Source: Octopus sinensis
Taxonomy: Eukaryota
Reading direction: 5' to 3'
Assembly: GCF_006345805.1 (NCBI RefSeq)
Contig: NC_042997.1
Location: forward strand, 192,200,001 to 192,264,000
Length of the DNA stretch: 64,000 bases
The notes below the pieces were generated by a model. That model was given only the letters and a program-made list of their open reading frames with translations. It ran no database searches and was not told the DNA's origin. Shown here piece by piece: positions 38,266 to 52,944 of the stretch. The number at the start of each line of letters is the position of its first letter. Position 1 is the stretch's first letter. The translations under genes and the position numbers were made by a program.

Positions 38266-38674
38266 CTGATGTTTCTTGATCCCCACCACTTTCTTTTCTT
38301 TGATGAAGATGGATAGATCAGATGTACGAGAATATATATCTATCTATATATATATATATATATTATATATATTATATATATATATATATATAATATATTC
38401 TAATGCATATATATGTATATATATATATATATAGATATATATATATATATGTATATATATTCCAATGCATATATATTTGTATATATGTATATATCTATAT
38501 CTATATCTATATATATATATGCATATACATATATATATATACATATACATATATATGTATGTATATGTATTCATACATAAATAACAATAAGAAAATTCTA
38601 ATATATATATTCCAGTGCATCTAATCTATCCATCTTCATCAAGCAAAAGAAAGAGGGTAGATCAGGAACATCAG
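38266..38674. mobile_element. Inverted-repeat element with a (TA)-rich core
   Basis: ~75-bp arms CTGATGTTTCTTGATC...TTGATGAAGATGGATAGAT / ATCTATCCATCTTCATCAAG...GATCAGGAACATCAG. Confidence 0.7.
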
Positions 38675-38698
38675 ATATGTATGTATATATATATATAC

Positions 38699-38745
<47 letters not shown>

Positions 38746-38828
38746 AATATATATACTGTATATACATATGTATGTGTGTGTATGTATATAAATATATATA
38801 TATATACATATGTATGTATGTATGTATG

Positions 38829-38862
<34 letters not shown>

Positions 38863-39401
38863 TATATATATATATATATTATATGCCCTAAAGCAGAACA
38901 TCAACAACAACAGCAACAGCACAAAATCCAACACCTTTACCAATCTATCAATTGTGATATAATCTTGCTTAAATCATGTTGACATTTCTCTTACACCTAG
39001 TTTTACACACATTAAAAACATGTACACATACACACACATGCATGCATATACACACACACACACACAGACACCTGCATATACACACACACACACAAACACA
39101 CTCACACATACATACACACACACATACAAACACACTCACACATACATACACTCACACACACAAAACATACAACCTACACACACACACATATTCACACACA
39201 TACACACACTCTCACACACACTCACACACATACACAGATGCACGCATACAAACATACACACAGGCGCATAATTTTGAACATAAATACAGAGCACAGCCAA
39301 AATACCAGCCATAATTTATATGACATTTGCATTTGCTATAGTGCAATGCAATGAAATATAGCCAATATGAAATAATATTATATAATTACATGTATATATT
39401 T

Positions 39402-39740
39402 CACTTCCCGAGTGTTAAACTAATACATCTGTTTGTTGTCTACACCACCTGTCTTCATCTTTTGTTTTTTGTGAATCCTCCCCATATATTACACGCTCAT
39501 GTGGTTGCACCAGTTTGATCCTCTCTCCACTTCTTAACCCAATGAACTTTTCTTGGATTTTCTACATTTTCTATACTTCAGACTTCCAGCATTATTTTCT
39601 CTCCTTGTTTCTTTCTGTGGAAGAGCATAAGCTCAAAATGTTAAAGACTTTTTCACTTCCTGAGCGTTAAACTAATTCATCTGTTTGTTGTCTACACCAC
39701 CTCTCTTCGTCTTTTGCTTTTTTTGTGAATTCTCCCTATA
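39402..39740 (+). mobile_element. Penelope-like terminal-repeat remnant with decayed hammerhead motif
   Basis: ~85-bp direct repeat (39402-39485, 39651-39740). 39610-39647 reads TCTTT-CTGTGGA-A-GAGC ATAA GCTC-AAAA-TG-TT-AAAGA, homologous to the 41815 motif. Confidence 0.55.
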
Positions 39741-39755
39741 TATATGTATGTATGT

Positions 39756-40057
39756 GTGGAGGCACATGGCCTAGTGGTTAGAGCAGCGGACTTGCAGTCA
39801 AGGGATCGCAGGTTCGAATCTCAGACTTGGTGATGTGTGTGTTTATGAGCGAAACACCTAAGTTCCATGTAGCTCCGGCAGAAGGTAATGTCGAATTTCT
39901 GCTGACTCTTTCGCCACGACTTTCTCGCACACGTTCCTCCTGCATCTTGCAGCTCACCTGCGATGGACTGGCGTCCCATCCTGGTGGGGAACCTATATGC
40001 CAAGGAAACCGCGAAACCGACCCTTAGGAGCCAGGCATGGCTCAAGAAGGAACAAAC
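39756..40057 (+). mobile_element. tRNA-derived SINE, family-D head with a different 3' half
   Basis: TGGCCTAGTGGTTAGAGCAGCGGACT...GGTTCGAATC; the 3' part (CCTGCGATGGACTGGCGTCCCATCC) differs from 8700-9000. Confidence 0.75.
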
Positions 40058-40519
40058 ATATATATGTATGTATATACATACCTGCAGTACACTACCAATA
40101 TATGACACCTAATGGTTGTTTTACCTTACTATGAACTCAATGTCATGGTACCTGGCCTGGCCTGGCACCCTACATGTTGACATGCCTAGATTCTAATGAA
40201 TCCTGTAAAACTAATCTCTGTGTGTGTGTGTGGGGTGGGGTGATCAACATTTCATTTAGCATCCATTTTCTATGCTAGCATGGGTTAGACGGTAATCTGG
40301 AGAGCTGTACCAACTCCAGTCTGATTTGGCCTTGTTTCTATGACTGGATGCCCTTCCTAATGTCAACCACTCCAAGAGTGTAGTGGGTGCCTTTTATGTG
40401 TCACTGGCACTGGCCATGACTACAATTTCACTTGGCTTAATGTGAATTGAGTACAGCAAATACCCGAAGGTCTCAGTCATATATGTATGATGGAGAGAGA
40501 GAGAGAGAGAGAGAGAAAA

Positions 40520-40770
40520 TAGTAAAACTGTTTATAGTATTATCTATAGATTATTTAAACTACTTATAGTATATCTTCAGAATGTTTATATTATTTTCTA
40601 CTATTTGTATCATACTTACAGAATATTTCAATTACTTATAAAATATTTATAGAACATCTAAACTATTTCTAATACATCTATAGAATATTTGAATTATTTT
40701 TGGTATATCTATGGAATGTATAAACTATAAACTATTTAAACTATTTATAGTATAGTTAAAAATCTATTTA
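40520..40770. repeat. Degenerate AT-rich minisatellite
   Basis: Recurrent ATCTATAGA..ATTTAAACTA.TTATAGTAT-like units of roughly 30 bp. Confidence 0.5.
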
Positions 40771-41344
40771 TACTATCATGGAATCATGTTTTATTTAAAG
40801 ATAATTGATTAAAACTGAAAATTACATCAAATTCATCTGGCTATTATTTACTCAATTAGGACATTTTTTTGCCATAGTTTCATGTAATTAGTAGGCATTG
40901 TAGAGGTTTCTGGCAAAGTTGTGACTAACAACTGCCCTTCTAGTGTTTACCAAAATCTGTATCAACAACCCCAACTGACTCTTATTCCAAATTGGTAATC
41001 AAGATTACAGGCAGTGCCAATATATAGGGTAGTAAATTGAATGTGGATGGAAATTTTGATACAGATTTCATTGTATTACATTAGGCAGTTGACTAACAAT
41101 GAACAGTCTATCATTTGAATATACATTAATCCTATGTAGAAACATTACTTCTCAACACAATTTTGCCTCAGTCAGACAAGCAAACAATATGTTATTATTT
41201 TATAATTGTTTTTCTTCTTACTTCTTTGACCAGGAATAGGTGTGCGGTTAAGAAGCTCACTTTGCAATGAAATGGCTTTGGGTCTGGTCCCGCTTTATGA
41301 TATCTAGGACAAGTGTTTTCTACTATATATTTTTTTTTCTTTAC

Positions 41345-41575
41345 TTTTCTTTACCCACAAGGGGCTAAATACAGAGGGGACAAACAAGGACAGACAAAGG
41401 GATTAAGTCGATTATATCAACCCCAGTGCGTAACTGGTACTTAATTTATCGATCACCGAAAGGAGGAAAGGCAAAGTCGACCTCGGCAAAATTTGAACTC
41501 GGAACGTAACGACAGACGAAATATGGCTACACATTTCGCCCGGCGTGCTAACGTTTCTGCCAGCTCACTACCTTA
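41345..41575 (-). mobile_element. SINE family B
   Basis: Reverse match to consensus. Confidence 0.85.
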
Positions 41576-41814
41576 TTGTTTTCTCCTATAGCCACAAGAT
41601 GACTAAAGCTTGAGGCACAAAATTGTGTTTGACACTCTGGCTGATAACTGATGAGGATTTGGTGACCTTCTGTCTGTTTCCCATTTGTTTGTGCATTTTT
41701 ATGCTTTTAACTTATATATGTATATATTTCCGGTCTTTCAATATGTGACCTCGTGAGTATCGCTGGCGATTTTTTTCCTCTGTCTTCCCTTCTCGGGATC
41801 TTTCCTTCTCCTAT

Positions 41815-41849
41815 GTTTCCGATGAAGAGCTCCGCTCGAAACGTTAAAC
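41815..41849 (+). ncRNA. Minimal type-I hammerhead ribozyme motif in a Penelope-like fragment (41712-41905)
   Basis: GTTT-CCGATGA-A-GAGC TCC GCTC-GAAA-CG-TT-AAAC: 4-bp stem I, 4-bp stem II, palindromic ACGT stem III, GUU triplet; U4 is replaced by C. Confidence 0.6.
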
Positions 41850-42038
41850 CCTCCTTCTTCCCTTCTTTCCTGAGTGTCCAATAATACTTTATTTGTTCCA
41901 CATCCTCTATATATATATATATATATAGTTGACTTTCCCTTTCATCTTTCAAGGTTGATAAAATAAGTACCAGTTGAACATTGGGGTTGATGTAATTGAC
42001 TCATCCCCACCTCCCCCAAGCTGCCCTTGAGGCAAAAG

Positions 42039-42093
<55 letters not shown>

Positions 42094-42109
42094 GTTATCA
42101 TTAAGGTGG

Positions 42110-42360
42110 TTTCCGTGCCGATGGCATGTAAAAAGCACCAACCGATCATAGCCGTTGCCAGCCTCCCCTAGCACCTGTGCCGGTGGCATGTAAAAAGCAC
42201 CCACTATACTCTCAGAGTTGTTGGCATTAAGAAGGGCATCCAGCTGTAGAAACACTGCCAGATCAGACTGGAACCTGGTGCAGCCTCCATGGCTTACCAG
42301 ACCCTGGTCAAACCGTCCATCTCATGCTAGCATGGAAAACGGATGTTAAACGATGATGAT
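42110..42360 (+). mobile_element. Solo RTE 3'-end element (family C)
   Basis: AAGGGCATCCAGCTGTAGAAACACTGCCAGATC...CATGCTAGCATGG...(GAT)n. Confidence 0.75.
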
Positions 42361-42923
42361 GTGTGTGTGAATATATATGTGTGTGTGTGTGTGTATGTAT
42401 GTGTGTATTTTTGTGTTTTCCCCCTCCCTCACCCCTTCACGACTTGGTTTACTGGCATTGATTTGTTTACATCCTTGTAACTCAGAAATTTGGTAAAAGA
42501 GACCAACAGAATAGGAATGCATACCAAACTTTTTTTTAAAAAATAGAAAAGAAAAAATCAAATATAAAACAATCAAAGAAATGCTGGGTGTGATTTGTTT
42601 GACTTACATCCTCCAAGGTATGGCATGGCTGCAGTTACTCTGACTGAAAGGAGTAAAAGATAAAAGACAAAGATTAAAATTAAAAAAAAAAAAATGAAAA
42701 CACAAAACAAAACAAAAAAAAACCAGGATGGTGGTACCCTAGCCCTGACTAAAAGTAGAGCAATAATAAAAGATTGACAGAGTATGGTTGCAAAATAAAG
42801 AAAGCCTTTAATAGTAAATAGACAAAACTGCTTTTCTTTGGCAGTGTGGAGTGGAAACATTTTTCACCAATGACAAAAATAGACTTCTGAACTTTTGATT
42901 ATTATTATTATTATTATTATTAT

Positions 42924-42957
<34 letters not shown>

Positions 42958-43020
42958 GGTGGTGGTGGTGGTGGTGGCGGTGGCGGCGGCGGTGGTGGTG
43001 GTGGTAGTAGTAGTAGTAGT

Positions 43021-43075
<55 letters not shown>

Positions 43076-43459
43076 AACTTCTTTTTGTTATACTTTAGTT
43101 GCAGACCACCACACCCATACTTTCTCATCCAAATTTTAGGATATGAGGGTTTTAAGTTTCTTCTATCTCTTAATAAATCAATTTCTAAGCACAAAGATTA
43201 CCTTGTTAGTGTAGGAGGCAAATAGGTTTGGTTTGCTGGGTTATTAGGAGACATGGAGCTCACCACTCTGAAAATAAATAAATAAGTAAGTAAATAAAAG
43301 AAACGTAGCTATAGATGTAGGTGTGGCTGTGTGGTTAAGAAGATTTTTGGATTCAGTCCCACTGTGTGGCAACTTGAGCAAGTGACCTCTGCAAGAGCCC
43401 TGGACTTACTCAAGCCTTGTGAGATAGATTTGGCTCATGGAACTGAAAGAAACTACATG

Positions 43460-43544
<85 letters not shown>

Positions 43545-43569
43545 ATCTGTCTGTCTGTCTGTCTGTCAT

Positions 43570-43978
43570 AGGTGCAGGAGTGGCTGTGTGGTAAGTAACT
43601 TGCTTACCAACCACATTGTTCCGGGTTCAGTCCCACTCTGTGGCACCTTGGCCAAGTGTCTTCTACTATAGCCTCGAGCCAACCAAAGCCTTGTGAGTGG
43701 ATTTGGTAGATGGAAACTGAATGAAGCCCGTCGTATATATGTATGTGTATATATGTGTGTCTTTTACTTGTTTCAGTCATTTGACTGTGGTCATGCTGGA
43801 GCACCGTCTTTAGGTGAGCAAATCGACCCCAGGACTTATTCTTTGTAAGCCTAGTACATATTCTATCGGTCTCTTTTGCACGAACCACTAAGTTACGGGG
43901 ACATAAACACACCAGCATCGGTTGTCAAGCAATGTTGGAGGGACAAACACAGACACACAAACATACACACACACACAT

Positions 43979-44029
<51 letters not shown>

Positions 44030-44185
44030 TATATACATATATACGATGAGCTTCTTTCAGTTTCCATCTACCAAATCTACTCACAAGGCTATAGTAGAAG
44101 ACAGTTGCCCAAGGTGCCATGCAGTGGGACTGAACCCGGAACCATGTGGTTGGTAAGCAAGCTACTTACCACAGCCATGCCTACC
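43570..44185. mobile_element. SINE-A cluster: + strand 5' half (43570-43745) abutting a full - strand copy (43762-44185)
   Basis: Direct match to family A. Confidence 0.8.
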
Positions 44186-44386
44186 TTTACAAGCATGTCT
44201 TAAGAGTGTCTTTGTGTCCTTTCTTTAGTGTATCACATGATGGAAATCCAATTGCTAGTTCACCAAAGAAGATCTGTTTGGTGCGGTTTGGAGTCAAGCA
44301 TGCAGATTACATGTTTGGCATGTGATTTGATCAAACCTTTGGGAGTGGATTCAGTAGACGAATAGCTGAAAGAACCCCATCATACA

Positions 44387-44430
<44 letters not shown>

Positions 44431-44559
44431 TGGGTTAGTGTCTCCTTACTTTGACATCATCTGATAGTTGTACATGAGTGTCACTGTCATACAAGCAATG
44501 TTCTTCATTTCCAATCTTCTGTGAAAACTTGTCTGGTCATGGAAAAATATTACCTTATA

Positions 44560-44718
44560 GAAGTGGCTGTGTGGTAAGTAGCTTGTTTACCAACCACATG
44601 GTTCCGGGTTCAGTCCCACTGCGTGGCACCTTGGGCAAGTGTCTTCTACCATAGCCTCGGGCTGACCAAAGTCTTGTGAGTGGATTTGGTAGACGGAAAT
44701 TGAAAGGAGCTCATCGTA

Positions 44719-44772
<54 letters not shown>

Positions 44773-44997
44773 TGTGTGTGTATATGTTTGTGTGTCTGTG
44801 TTTGTCTCCCCAACATCGCTTGACAACCGATGCTGATATGTTTACGTCCCTGTAACTTAGTGGTTAGGCAAAAGGGACTGATTAAATAAGTACTAGGCTT
44901 ACAAAGAATAAGTCCTGGGGTCGATTTGGTCAACTAAAGGTGGTGCTCCAGCATGGCCACAGTCAAATGACTGAAACAAGTAAAAGAGTAAAAGAGT
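44560..44997 (+). mobile_element. SINE family A
   Basis: Full copy. Confidence 0.85.
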
Positions 44998-45109
44998 TAT
45001 ATGGAAACAGGTGAGGGCTAGCCACAAGATGGGTATCCAGCAATAAAAAATCTGCCTCAGCAAATTCCATCTGACCTATGCAAGCTTGGAAAAGTGGATA
45101 TTAAATGGT

Positions 45110-45144
<35 letters not shown>

Positions 45145-46101
45145 TTGATTTTTCCTGAGGTACTCTGCCTATGTATTACGATTAATTTTGGAACATGTCA
45201 AGAATTTGAAAGAATTAAGTCAAATAAATTTGGAAGAATTTCGAAAGATAAATTTGGAAGGATTTAGTCAATTTTTTCTTTATTGAGCTGATGTTTTGAA
45301 CAGATGTTAACAAAATGTTCTTACATAAAACATATAGACATTAAATCCATGAGATTTGAATCATAAAACCAGAAGTAGCCTGGAGCATGCTGATGTCAAA
45401 AGAGTTTTAAAATAGGTTGTGTTGAACTTATTAAGTTTATTTATAGTTTAAGAAGCTGTTATTTAATTTGTCAGTTGCTGGAATGTATGCTGTTTGCTTC
45501 ACAAATTAGCGAAATGCAGCTACCTTTTTAAAAATTTAATAAAACCCACACATTCCTAACAGGAAAATATAGAAATTTGAAGAAACTATATTCATCAGGG
45601 ACAATTGAATATGTATATTAGATTAAGGCTCTCAATATTTTGAGTTTGAAGTTATTTTGGTGTTGACAGAAGATACACTTCAAAAACTCAAAAACTCGCA
45701 GGGTGGAAGTAGTTTTCTGTTTTCTTTAATATTTGATACTCTGAATTGCAAAATGATTAAGAGAGTATATATATATAGGGCCCAGGGGGTGCAAGTGCAT
45801 CCCCTAAAATTTTGTTGGGGTGCAAAATTCAATATTGCACCCCCTACTTACTTTTGTCAGGCTTAGGAAATAGTGTTTAAAAATTGATCTGCAAAAAGTT
45901 AGTTGAAGTTAGGTTTCTTCACAAAATAAGAACAACGAACTAAAATAAATAAAAAGAAATTCCTCCCAAATCCCTCGAAAGGTATCTTACTGAACTAAAG
46001 CATCCTCAACATTAAAATTAAAATTATATATATATATATATGGAAAGCGGACGTTAAACAATGATGATGATATATATATATATATATATATATACTTTAT
46101 T

Positions 46102-46470
46102 AAAAAGCAGCAAAAATATCACAAAAACTGTTACTCAGAGTTTCATGTTCCCTTCGTCAGACAGTTTTGTTTAGAATAGAGCGAGATAAAGTTATATGCA
46201 GAAATACAATTTCCTTTGATAGATACACATTTGAAAATTGTTTTGTTTCATTGGTTCTTTCAAATGATTTTAAACTGCAATTGTTATTTCATGCATCTGG
46301 TAAAGACTTAGTTGAGAGGACCAACGAAACAAAACCATTTTCAAATGTGTATCTACCAAAGTAATTATATTTCTCAATATAACTTTATCTTGCTCCATTC
46401 TAAACAATATCCAATGATTGGGATCAGGAAGCTCTGAGTAACAGTTTTTATAATAATTTTGCTGCTTTTT
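46102..46470. mobile_element. Long inverted repeat, Penelope-like, carrying a hammerhead-like motif
   Basis: ~160-bp arms (46102-46263 / 46312-46470), roughly 80% matched by eye. Confidence 0.75.
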
Positions 46471-46547
46471 AAAAAAGCATATTACTCTACCTCTGGTTTT
46501 AAGTACTATTTTTTTCCACCTTGTTTCACATTTATGTGCTTACTCTG

Positions 46548-46614
<67 letters not shown>

Positions 46615-46979
46615 TAACAATTTATATTAATGTTTTTTTTAATAACTATTTGTATTTTTATCTTAAATGTATTGAATTTTATAATGTATATATGTATGTT
46701 ATTATGGTTGTAGTTTTGTTAATTAAATAAGACAACATTCTAATATCCTAAAGCTGATGAACCAACTAATGTGTTTCTCCATTTTCTTATTTGTTATATA
46801 TATTAATGGTAAAATATTTCTTTACCTTCACCCATTTAATACAATAAATGAGTTCATTGCATTGCAATTAAAAACACTTGTGTATTAATAATTTGGGTAT
46901 TATACCAACAGTATATTGGATAAGTATTATCCCTTAGAGGGTTGGATCCACAACCCCTAACTTATTTGGTGGCATATAT

Positions 46980-47181
46980 ACTCTTTTACTCTTTTACTTG
47001 TTTCAGTCATTTGACTGCGGCCATGCTGGAGCACCGCCTTTAGTCGAGCAAATCAACCCCGTGACTTATTCTTTGTAAGCCCAGTACATATTTTATCGGT
47101 CTCTTTTGCGAACCGCTAAGTGACAGGGATGCAAACACACCAGCATCGGCTGTCAAGCAATGCTAGGGGGACAAACACAGA

Positions 47182-47246
<65 letters not shown>

Positions 47247-47395
47247 ATATGACAGGCTTCTTTCAGTTTCCGTCTACCAAATCCACTCACAAGGCATTGG
47301 TCGGCCCGGGGCTATAGCAGAAGACACTTGCCCAAGATGCCACGCAGTGGGACTGAACCCGGAACCATGTGGTTGGTAAGCAAGCTACTTACCAC
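46980..47395 (-). mobile_element. SINE family A
   Basis: Full reverse copy. Confidence 0.85.
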
Positions 47396-47435
47396 ATGTA
47401 ACAACAGTATAACAACAACCATAGCCACTCTCTCA

Positions 47436-47870
47436 ATACTAGCAGAATTGATGAACTATTAAACTTCACAATCAAAAGCCCTTCACAGTCCAGCTACCCA
47501 CATCTTCATTTCCTCGGAATACCACAAGTGACCCTTCATCACCATTGTCATCATGTTCTACTACTACTACTACTACCTTTACCACAAATAAACAATAGCA
47601 ACAACAAGATCAGCATTTGAAGTCACTCTTCAATATTAGAACAATTGATGACCTATTAAACTCCACAATGAAGACACTCTTCACAGTGTAGCTATCCACT
47701 TCCTCATTTCCTCTGAATACCATAACTGGCCCATCATCGTCATCTTTGCCATCATGTTCTACTGCTAGGACCCTTTCCACAGCTAAACAATAGCAACAAC
47801 AAGATCAGCACTGGATGTCACTCATCAGTACCGGAACAATTAATGACTTGTTAAACAAAACAGTCAAGCC
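47436..47870. repeat. Diverged ~195-bp tandem repeat (about 2.3 copies)
   Basis: AAACAATAGCAACAACAAGATCAGCA occurs twice about 195 bp apart; the rest aligns with substitutions. Confidence 0.75.
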
Positions 47871-47913
47871 ACTGAAATTCTTCTCAAAATAACACAAGAA
47901 ATCCTTCATTACC

Positions 47914-48146
47914 TATTTCTTTACTACCCACCAGGGGCTAAACACAGAGAGGACAAACAAGGACAGACAAACGGATTAAGTCGATTATATCGCCCCCAGT
48001 GCGTAACTGGTACTTATTTAATCGATGCCGAAAGGATGAAAGGCAAAGTCGACCTAGGCGGAATTTGAACTCAGAACATAGTGGCAGACGAAATACTTCT
48101 AAGCATTTCACCCGGCATGCTAACGTTTCTGCCAGCTCACTGCCTT
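47914..48146 (-). mobile_element. SINE family B with 15-bp TSD
   Basis: AAATCCTTCATTACC at 47899-47913 and 48170-48184. Confidence 0.88.
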
Positions 48147-48299
48147 ATAAAAAAAAAATTTTTTTTTTTAAATCCTTCATTACCATCGTCATCCTATTCT
48201 ACTGTACTACCATTACCACTACTACCACTCCAATTTGTGAAGAATCACTCCTTTCTTCCCCAACTGTCCACCTCAACTTGAATGTATACCTGATAGCTC

Positions 48300-49850
48300 C
48301 ATGATAAATCTGCCAACTGTAAATAAAAGGAAATTATGAACACACAAAACCCCCAAATATGCCACTATTCTCAGTGCAAGAGACTATCCATATGCAGTGA
48401 CTGTAACTTCACCCAATTACCTGAGACAAGACACACATTTCATATAAGCAGTACCACCACACATCTTACAGTATCACCATCACCACCACTACCACCACTA
48501 AATGCTAAATCACACTTAATGACTTCTACTCATGTAATCCAAATCCTAAAATCTTTTGCTATCCCCAACACAAAAGATTATGTCTCATCTTCCAGGAACT
48601 CCATGCATTAGAAAAAGCACGACACCAAACCACCACAAAATTCACAGAAGAAACATCCTTTACGGTGGCAGTGTTGGTCCAGACTTTCATTAAAACCCAG
48701 AAGTCACCCAAGATATCTACTGGGTACAATAATAAATTCAATAGTCACAAACCATATAACTGTAACCATATTCAACAGTGCAACCATACCAACTCTAGAC
48801 AACAACCCTTTCCAAAACAAGAAAATTCTTTTTTAGCGATGATGAATCTGGCAAACAAAATTTTAAAATAACTTCTTGCTTTCACACAGTATCAAACACT
48901 GCTATTACCCCCAATACCCAGTCACACCATTGCTATCATTAACCCACAATTTCAACTTAATAATAATGTCGACTGTACAAGGCCCTTCACGCTTCACAAA
49001 TCAAACAAAAGTATTATATCTTAGAGACCTTGCACAGCGAGAGAGACCTCATAGAGAGAGAAAAGACAATATAAGTAGCACTAAGTGAAACGCACCTGAC
49101 CCCAGACATATTGGATGCAGAAGTACATATGAAAGGTTATGTATTACTCAGAACTGACCACAGAATACAGAAACAAAAGAAAATAGTGATCTTCATCCAA
49201 GATGACCTGGTAACAAATTTCCTCCTCTTGCATTCCAACACAGTGTATGATACACTAATAATGTATGTGATCGACCTGAATTTAATCAAAGGTATCATCT
49301 ACTGTCTGTGGAAGGATCATTTAAAAAAAAAGAAAAAAAGAAAAAAGAAAAACGAAACAAGGTGGTGAGCTGGCAGAAACGTTAGCACACTGGATGAAAT
49401 GCATAGCTGTATTTCGTCTGCCGTTACGTTCTGAGTTCAAATTCTGCTGAGGTCGACTTTGCCTTTCATCCTTTCGGGGATCGATAAATTAAGTACCAGT
49501 TACGCACTGGGATTGATGTAATTGACTTAATCCGTTTGTCTGTCCTTGTTTGTCCCCTCTGTGTTTAGCCCCTTGTGGGCAATAAAGAAATAGGTATTAT
49601 CTACTGTCTTCCTGATGCAGCTAACTATGGAGATCACTTCAAAGATGTTTTGTCGCTTATAAGTCAAACCCCAGATGAGACCAGCCTACAGGTCAATGTA
49701 ATTTTAGTAGGGGACTTCCTAGTCACAGTTGGCCTGAGAGTAACAATGGGAGCTATGAAAAAATACAAAGCCCAGCATCACCACCGGATCATTCTACACA
49801 TCTGTTTGACCCAGCTGTTTGACAGTGAATCTCAAGACAAGAAGGAATCA
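48300..49850 (+). mobile_element. Decayed CR1-like LINE 5' region (ORF1-like plus AP endonuclease)
   Basis: IALSETHLTPDILDAEVHMKGYVLLRTD... and, after the SINE-B insertion, GIIYCLPD...NVILVGDF: endonuclease motifs. Confidence 0.65.
49359..49592 (+). mobile_element. SINE family B with 17-bp TSD
   Basis: GGTATCATCTACTGTCT (49291-49307) and GGTATTATCTACTGTCT (49593-49609). Confidence 0.88.
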
Positions 49851-49992
49851 CCCATGTCAAATTTATATGTATTTATATATAATAATAATAATAATATATA
49901 TTATTATATATCTAATTTATATATATTATATATATATATACACACACAGACAAACATATATATATATATATGTGTGTGTCCGTGTGTGTGTA

Positions 49993-50808
49993 CAGGGTGC
50001 AGTAAATAAACTGTCGTTTAAATTATGCAAAAATGAAAATAACACTGACATCTCATTTTAACAAATATATTTATCAAAATTACATAAAAATATCTTGAAA
50101 TGCTAACTTCGGAAACTCCTGCAACTCTTCTGGACAGTCTCCTTGTTTAAGTTGGTGAATGCTACCATTCATTATCCTTGCCTTCAGTTCATCTTTGGTG
50201 TTACAAGGAGTTTTGTTGGTCTCTTGCTCAACTGCAACCCACACATAATAATCAAGCGTGTTGCACTCTAGGGGAGTTAGGTGGCCAGATGTTAGGGGTG
50301 ATGTGGTCACAGAAATTATCTGACAGCTATGACTGGGTTCTCCTACTTGTCTGACATGGTGCAGCGTCCTGTTGCCAGACATAGGGTCTGTCAGCAGCCA
50401 ATACCTCGTCCAGACACTTGATGTAAGCTTCTGCGTTTAGTCTGAGGCTATGTGGGAAGAAGAATGTAAGCATGCTGTCGCTATCACTAGTGATCACTCC
50501 AAACACCATGATGTTGACTGGATGTTTGATTTTTATCACTCTCAGAACATGACCTCAGGTTGCACTGTGCTCAGATTGACACCCAAACACTCTGAAATAT
50601 TCATAATGGAGCTTTCGGTTTAAATGCCAAGCAGTACGGCATGTCGTTTCCGAATTTCTGGCAGAGTGAATTGCATCATGGTGCTGTTTTTCTTGCAGAC
50701 AGTGCCCAATTGACCCTGCTATACTGTGTAGGTGACAAAATTAAAACAAACAATATGCCTGCATGGAATTAAAAAATAAAATGGCGACAATTTACCCATC
50801 ACACCCTG
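49993..50808 (-). mobile_element. Tc1/mariner (maT/DD37D-like) deletion derivative
   Basis: TA|CAGGGTG ... CACCCTG|TA ends; remnant KHPVNIMVFGVITSD...YVWQQDAAPC...IWPPNSP/CNTLDYYVW...KDELKARI. Confidence 0.85.
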
Positions 50809-50809
50809 T

Positions 50810-50851
<42 letters not shown>

Positions 50852-50879
50852 TATTATATATATAGATATATATATATAT

Positions 50880-52020
<1,141 letters not shown>

Positions 52021-52567
52021 TGTATATATATGTGTGTATGTTTGTGTGTCTGTGTTTGTCCCCACCCCCCAACATCGCTTGACAACCGATGCTGGTGTGT
52101 TTATGTTCCCGTAACTTAGCAGTTCAGCAAAAGGGACCAATAGAATAAGTACTAGGCTTACAAAGAATAAGTCCTGGGGTTGATTTGCTCGACTAAAGGC
52201 AGTGCTCCAGCATGGCTACAGTCAAATGGCCGAAACAAGTAAAAGATTAAAAGAGAGGTGCAAGCTTGGTTTTGTGGTTAAGGAGTTTGTTTTTTAATCA
52301 TCTAGTTGTGGGTTCAATCTTGTTGCATAGTACCATGGAAAGTGTCTTCTACAATAATCCTAGGTCAACCAATGCTTTGTGTGTAAATTCAGTAGATGGA
52401 AATTGTGTGGAAGCCTGTCATATATATATCTTTTATTTGTTTCAGAAATTTGACTATGCCCATCCTGGGGCACCACCTTGAAGGATTTTTAAAAGTCAAA
52501 TGAATTCATTCCAGTATTTCAAATTCTGCTGAGTTTGACTTTGATGCTGCTGTTACTGCTGCTTCTG

Positions 52568-52654
<87 letters not shown>

Positions 52655-52887
52655 TCGTTGTTGTTAAGCAACAAGACGGATAAGGGTGATTAGGTGATGG
52701 TCTAGGGCTTAGGGGCGAGAGTCCCCAGACCTTGGAAAAAAAAACTTTGGTCGTCTTGTTGTAGCCGAGGGCTCTTCGTTGATGCCCGACACCACTGGGA
52801 GGTGGCCCTCGAAGTCGCTGGAAATGGAGATCTCCAGGTCCAAATTCTTGAATAGCTGCTGCTGCTGCTGCTGCTACTACTACTACT

Positions 52888-52940
<53 letters not shown>

Positions 52941-52944
52941 GATC

